A stretch of DNA of 64,000 nucleotides from an uncultured Gemmataceae bacterium (GTDB taxonomy: Bacteria; Planctomycetota; Planctomycetia; Gemmatales; Gemmataceae), in NCBI GenBank assembly GCA_963750165.1, contig CAVVPN010000003.1:1152001-1216000 (forward strand), read 5' to 3'. Position 1 is the stretch's first letter; each line of letters opens with the position of its first letter. The position numbers were made by a program, and so were the translations under genes. Shown piece after piece: positions 60,219 through 64,000 of this stretch. The notes beneath the pieces were generated by a model, which saw only the letters and a list, made by a program, of their open reading frames with translations, ran no database searches and was not told the DNA's origin.

Positions 60219-62486
60219 TTACCGAATCCCGCGTTGGTCCGAAATGATCTGCTCACTGGGCGCGACGCCGTTCTGGCCGGGCGGCGGTGCCGGTTCCCCG
60301 GTCAACAATTGCTGCTGAATCGCCGCCAGAATCAGGTCTGCCCCGGCCCCCTCCGGCAGCGCCGAACCGATGGTGATGGGCTGGCCCTCGGCGGTTGGCT
60401 CGTGGACCGTCACCGGCACCACGGGCACGGCGACCGCGGTCTGCACGTCCGTCAGCAGCGCCTCGAATTGCTCCCGCGGGCCCGCCGTGCTGATGACCAC
60501 CAGCTTGCCGCGCTTCAGCCCATTCGCCGCCGCCTGGCCGGGCTTCTGCAGCTCGGCCCCCTGCGCGTTCGGGTCGAAGAAGATCAGGCCCGCGTAGTTT
60601 TCCAGCGTCACCACCAGCGGGCCGGCCTTCTCGTCGTCCGCCGGCAGCACGAAGCGCAGCGGCCGCACCAGCGCCGACACCAGCGGTAGACAGCCCAGCC
60701 GGCCCCGCACGTTCGTCACCAGAATCGTCGGCGTCGTCGGCAAGTTCTCGTAGCCATTGATGCGGAACGCCGGCCGGCCCAGCTGCCGCAGCCAGATCAG
60801 CGACCGCAGCAGCATGTCGCGCTGGCGGGCGCACAGCACTGTGATGACGCCGAGCATCAACACCCCCTCCGTCATGAAGAGGTAGCGCGGCAGATACTCC
60901 TTGTTGAAATTCACTGGCTGCGGCCGGTCCTCCAGCCGCACCTGGTAGTAGTCGATGCCGCGGATCGTGTACTTGCTCACCTTCACCCACGACCCCTCAT
61001 GCACGCCCTCCAGCAGGCGGATGTCGTTCGGCTCACTGCTCGGCGGCGGCAGCCCAATCCACTCCCAGGCGTCGAAATCCACCAGTTCCCACCGGCGCGG
61101 CACGTCCAACCCCGCGGAGGTGATCGGCACACGTGCCGTGCCCGCCTCGTCCGTCACCAGGAGCACCACCTTCTCGACGCGGTGGTCCTGCGTCTCCACC
61201 TTTTCTTCCAGCTTGATCTTGCCCCTGGGTTCGTCCACCGTCTCCAGCCGCTGCGAGATGCCGGTCGCCTCGGCGAGGTGGCCGACGGACCAGAACACCA
61301 GCGAGGCCAGGATGGCACCGATGGTGCAGATGAAATTGCTGGTGGCGACCGACGTCCCCTTGCTGCCCTTGGGGGCGCTGTACTGCAGCAGCGAGTACAG
61401 TGGCACCAGGTAGAACGCCGCGAACAGCCCCATCAGCGCCAGGCACGCGACCAGCGCCGGGATGGCGAAGATGCTGACGCCGGCTATCTCCGCCCCGAGC
61501 ACCATGCCCAGCGCCCCGATGGCCACCAACCCCAGCTCCACCTTGCCGCGCGACATGAAGCCCGCCAGCGGACTGCCCAACCCCACCCCCAGCGACACCA
61601 CCGCCACCATCATGCTCGTCTGCTGCTCGTCCCAGCGTGGGTTCTGCGACTCGCCGAACATGTACATCGTCGCCCGCATGAACGCCACCATGAACACGAA
61701 GAACGCCAGCCCCAGCACCGCGATCGACGACAGCCGATAACGCATCAGTGTCCGCAGGTTGACGAACAGCGGCCGGAACAGCTTCCACGGCACCCAGCCC
61801 GGGAACGGCCGGTTCGGGTCCGCCGGCGGCATCTGGCGGATGAAGTAACTCGTGCCGGTACCGATCAGCGCCAGGATCACCAGGATGACGCCGATCCATT
61901 GCTCCTCGCCGCGGTACGTCTTGGACAGGATGCCGCCACACGTCGTGCCCAGGATGACCGCCAGAAATGTTGTCGATTCCACCAGGCCGTTGGCCCGCGA
62001 CAGGCTGCGCACCGTGAACAGCTCCGGCAGGACGCCGTACTTGCACGGCACGTAAAAGGTGCTGTGCGTGCCCATGAAAAAGACGCAGCTCATGACGAGC
62101 CACGGGCCGATCTGACCGATCAGGCCGTCGAAGGTGGCGCCCAGCCAGAAGCCGAGCAGTGCCAACGCGGTGATGAATACCTCGGCGACCTTCCAGAAGA
62201 TCAGCGACCGGCGCTTGCTCACCTTGTCCGCCAGGTAGCCGGACAGCGTCGCGAAGATGGCCCAGGGGCAGTAGAACAGCAGCGGCATCAGCGCGATGGC
62301 CGTGCGCTCGTCGAGCACTTCCTTGCGGATGGCGAAGAACATTGCCGAGGCGTGAATGCACTGGTCATTGAAGGCCGCCAGGAACTCGGCGATCACCAGG
62401 CCGAGGAAGGTCTTGTTCTGGATGGTGTCGTAGAGGGTTGGAGTCAGGTAGGTGGTGGGCAGGGCGGTTGTCGCAGTGTCGGCCAT
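60219..62486 (-). CDS. LplT/Aas-like MFS transporter fused to a degenerate acyltransferase-like domain
   Basis: FLAAFND, GYLADKVSKR, KYGVLPE and LSRANG motifs; C-terminal GYENLP...VPVVPV fold. Confidence 0.8.
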   Translation of the reverse strand: MADTATTALPTTYLTPTLYDTIQNKTFLGLVIAEFLAAFNDQCIHASAMFFAIRKEVLDERTAIALMPLLFYCPWAIFATLSGYLADKVSKRRSLIFWKVAEVFITALALLGFWLGATFDGLIGQIGPWLVMSCVFFMGTHSTFYVPCKYGVLPELFTVRSLSRANGLVESTTFLAVILGTTCGGILSKTYRGEEQWIGVILVILALIGTGTSYFIRQMPPADPNRPFPGWVPWKLFRPLFVNLRTLMRYRLSSIAVLGLAFFVFMVAFMRATMYMFGESQNPRWDEQQTSMMVAVVSLGVGLGSPLAGFMSRGKVELGLVAIGALGMVLGAEIAGVSIFAIPALVACLALMGLFAAFYLVPLYSLLQYSAPKGSKGTSVATSNFICTIGAILASLVFWSVGHLAEATGISQRLETVDEPRGKIKLEEKVETQDHRVEKVVLLVTDEAGTARVPITSAGLDVPRRWELVDFDAWEWIGLPPPSSEPNDIRLLEGVHEGSWVKVSKYTIRGIDYYQVRLEDRPQPVNFNKEYLPRYLFMTEGVLMLGVITVLCARQRDMLLRSLIWLRQLGRPAFRINGYENLPTTPTILVTNVRGRLGCLPLVSALVRPLRFVLPADDEKAGPLVVTLENYAGLIFFDPNAQGAELQKPGQAAANGLKRGKLVVISTAGPREQFEALLTDVQTAVAVPVVPVTVHEPTAEGQPITIGSALPEGAGADLILAAIQQQLLTGEPAPPPGQNGVAPSEQIISDQRGIR

Positions 62487-62742
62487 GATCATTCCGAAGT
62501 AACGGGAGGGTGCTTTCGCCGGAGCAGTGCCGGGACTGCCGTTACTATAGACGACCACCGGGCCGCCGCCTACCGCGAATCAGGCCGTTCCCCGGCAGCG
62601 CCCGGTCTGGTATAATGTACACAGTGCCAGGGAGGGCTTGCATCTCTTTTCATTTCACAGACCCCCTACCAGCGCTCGGGGCAGCGCAGATTCCCTGTCA
62701 ACCTTAGCGCTGGCAGACAAAACTGCTTGCCCGCTTCTGGCC

Positions 62743-62897
62743 GTAGCCGCAAACTTTAGTTTGCGTTCGGTTTACGCAGGCTAGAGCGGTTCGCAGTTGG
62801 GTGTAGCGGAAGTCGCCAGACTTCCGTCCGGTGCTGCTCGGAAGTCTGGCGACTTCCGCTACACCCATTCGCAATCTGCAATAAAGCCTGCGGCTAC
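62743..62897. mobile_element. Nested REP/REPIN/MITE-like composite
   Basis: Outer GTAG REP pair interrupted by a 100-bp insert with TA duplication, which contains a perfect 29-bp-arm GTAG REPIN (62798-62867). Confidence 0.8.
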
Positions 62898-62944
62898 AGA
62901 GTTTTGTCCGCCTGCGCTAAATTTCGCGCCAGCCTCGATGTCCT

Positions 62945-63958
62945 TCATGATCCGACGCGGCGCAGCGGGGCGGCGGTCGGCACCAGTCGCGCCGGGCTGC
63001 GGAAGTCCGGGTTGGTCAGGCCGTCCACGCCAACCGTGATACCGTGGCGCGACGCCAGCGCCATCAGCGCCGCGTAGCCGTGCTGCCGTCGGCCGCGCGG
63101 CAGGTACTGCGCCGCCGCGATGGCCCCGCCCTGCAACACCGGGCCATCGTCGTACTCGCCAAGGATCCCCTCGTCCAGCCCGGTCGGCTCCAGCGCCTGC
63201 CGCAGGTTCTCCACGATGCGCGGCCGCAGAAACGTGTAGCCCGCCGTCACGTGCCGCACGCCCAGGTCCGCCAGCGCCGCCAGCAGCGGGACCACATTCT
63301 CACGCCGATCGGTCACCCCCGGCAGCAGCGGCGCCAGCGACACGCTCACCGGCACGCCCAGGGACCGCAGCCGCCGCAGTTGCCGCAGCCGCAGGGCCGG
63401 CGGCGCCGTCAACGGCTCCAGCGTCCGCTGCACGGTTCGATCCAGTGTCGTCAGGCTGATCGTCACCCGCACCGCATGGCGGTATTGCGCCAGCCCCTCC
63501 AGCGACGCGGGCCGCAGGACGCCGCGCGTCATCAGCCACGCCTCGACGCCGTGCCGCGCCAGAACGCCGACCACCCGCAGCGTTTCTCGTTGGTACGCTG
63601 CCCACGGGGCGAACGGGTCGCCGGCCGGGCAAACGTAGACCGCCCGCGGCTTGATGGCCCGCTGTCGCAGCTCACGGTCGAGCAGGGCGGCAGTGTTGGC
63701 GGCCAGGGCCACGACCGCATCGCCCTGGTAGCCGGCGTAGGCGCGGGCCGAGCAGAAGCCGCAGCGATAAGCGCAACCAGTACCGAGGTTTAAGGCCAGC
63801 ACGTCCGGGTAGTCCGCCAGGGGACCGGGGTGCAGGACGGCGCCGCGACGGTCGCGCACCTCCAACCGCGGCAGCCGGCCGTACGGGCGTTCGTCCGTTG
63901 GTTGCTCTATTTCGTCGCCGAACAGGGAATTCAGCACGGGAAGTTGGAGGGTTTTCAT
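62945..63958 (-). CDS. Radical SAM protein (spore photoproduct lyase-like family)
   Basis: CAYRCGFC (CxxxCxxC), DPF.P, ISLTTLD...LEP...RL and APLLPGVTD motifs. Confidence 0.85.
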   Translation of the reverse strand: MKTLQLPVLNSLFGDEIEQPTDERPYGRLPRLEVRDRRGAVLHPGPLADYPDVLALNLGTGCAYRCGFCSARAYAGYQGDAVVALAANTAALLDRELRQRAIKPRAVYVCPAGDPFAPWAAYQRETLRVVGVLARHGVEAWLMTRGVLRPASLEGLAQYRHAVRVTISLTTLDRTVQRTLEPLTAPPALRLRQLRRLRSLGVPVSVSLAPLLPGVTDRRENVVPLLAALADLGVRHVTAGYTFLRPRIVENLRQALEPTGLDEGILGEYDDGPVLQGGAIAAAQYLPRGRRQHGYAALMALASRHGITVGVDGLTNPDFRSPARLVPTAAPLRRVGS

Positions 63959-64000
63959 GGTTGTTCAATGGTTGTGGGGATGGTTTGTTGTGATTGTGAG

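Noticed and set aside
1..64000. tRNA/rRNA genes, including tRNA-Sec
   Set aside because: No cloverleaf or rRNA signatures noticed by eye; tRNAscan-SE would be needed to exclude them fully

Overview
High-GC window that looks like a Planctomycetota (Gemmataceae-like) chromosome. This is inferred from DUF1501, DUF1571, DUF4058 and TIGR03067 proteins and an ECF sigma factor with a long C-terminal extension. About 55 genes are present. They include a sulfatase, two diguanylate cyclases plus PilZ, queC coupled to a UbiA-family gene, a selenocysteine formate dehydrogenase operon (alpha/beta/NrfD) with a SECIS, orphan kdpC and groES, and a vWA-RR-HK trio. Also present are an Rpn-like nuclease with a second stand-alone C-terminal cassette, a His/Gly-rich protein-HEAT-BlaI-M56-DUF4198 cluster, a small accessory island (two TA-like pairs, HNH and integrase remnants, ECF sigma), a TetR/ABC exporter operon, an MFS fusion and a radical SAM gene. 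About 13 single-base frameshifts in otherwise intact genes most likely reflect long-read consensus errors. Intergenic DNA is rich in palindromes: AT-rich inverted repeats built from short tandem units, several REP/REPIN types, one three-layer nested element, and one palindrome in frame inside the FDH gene. No rRNA, tRNA or CRISPR array was seen. All family assignments are by motif recognition, not database search.
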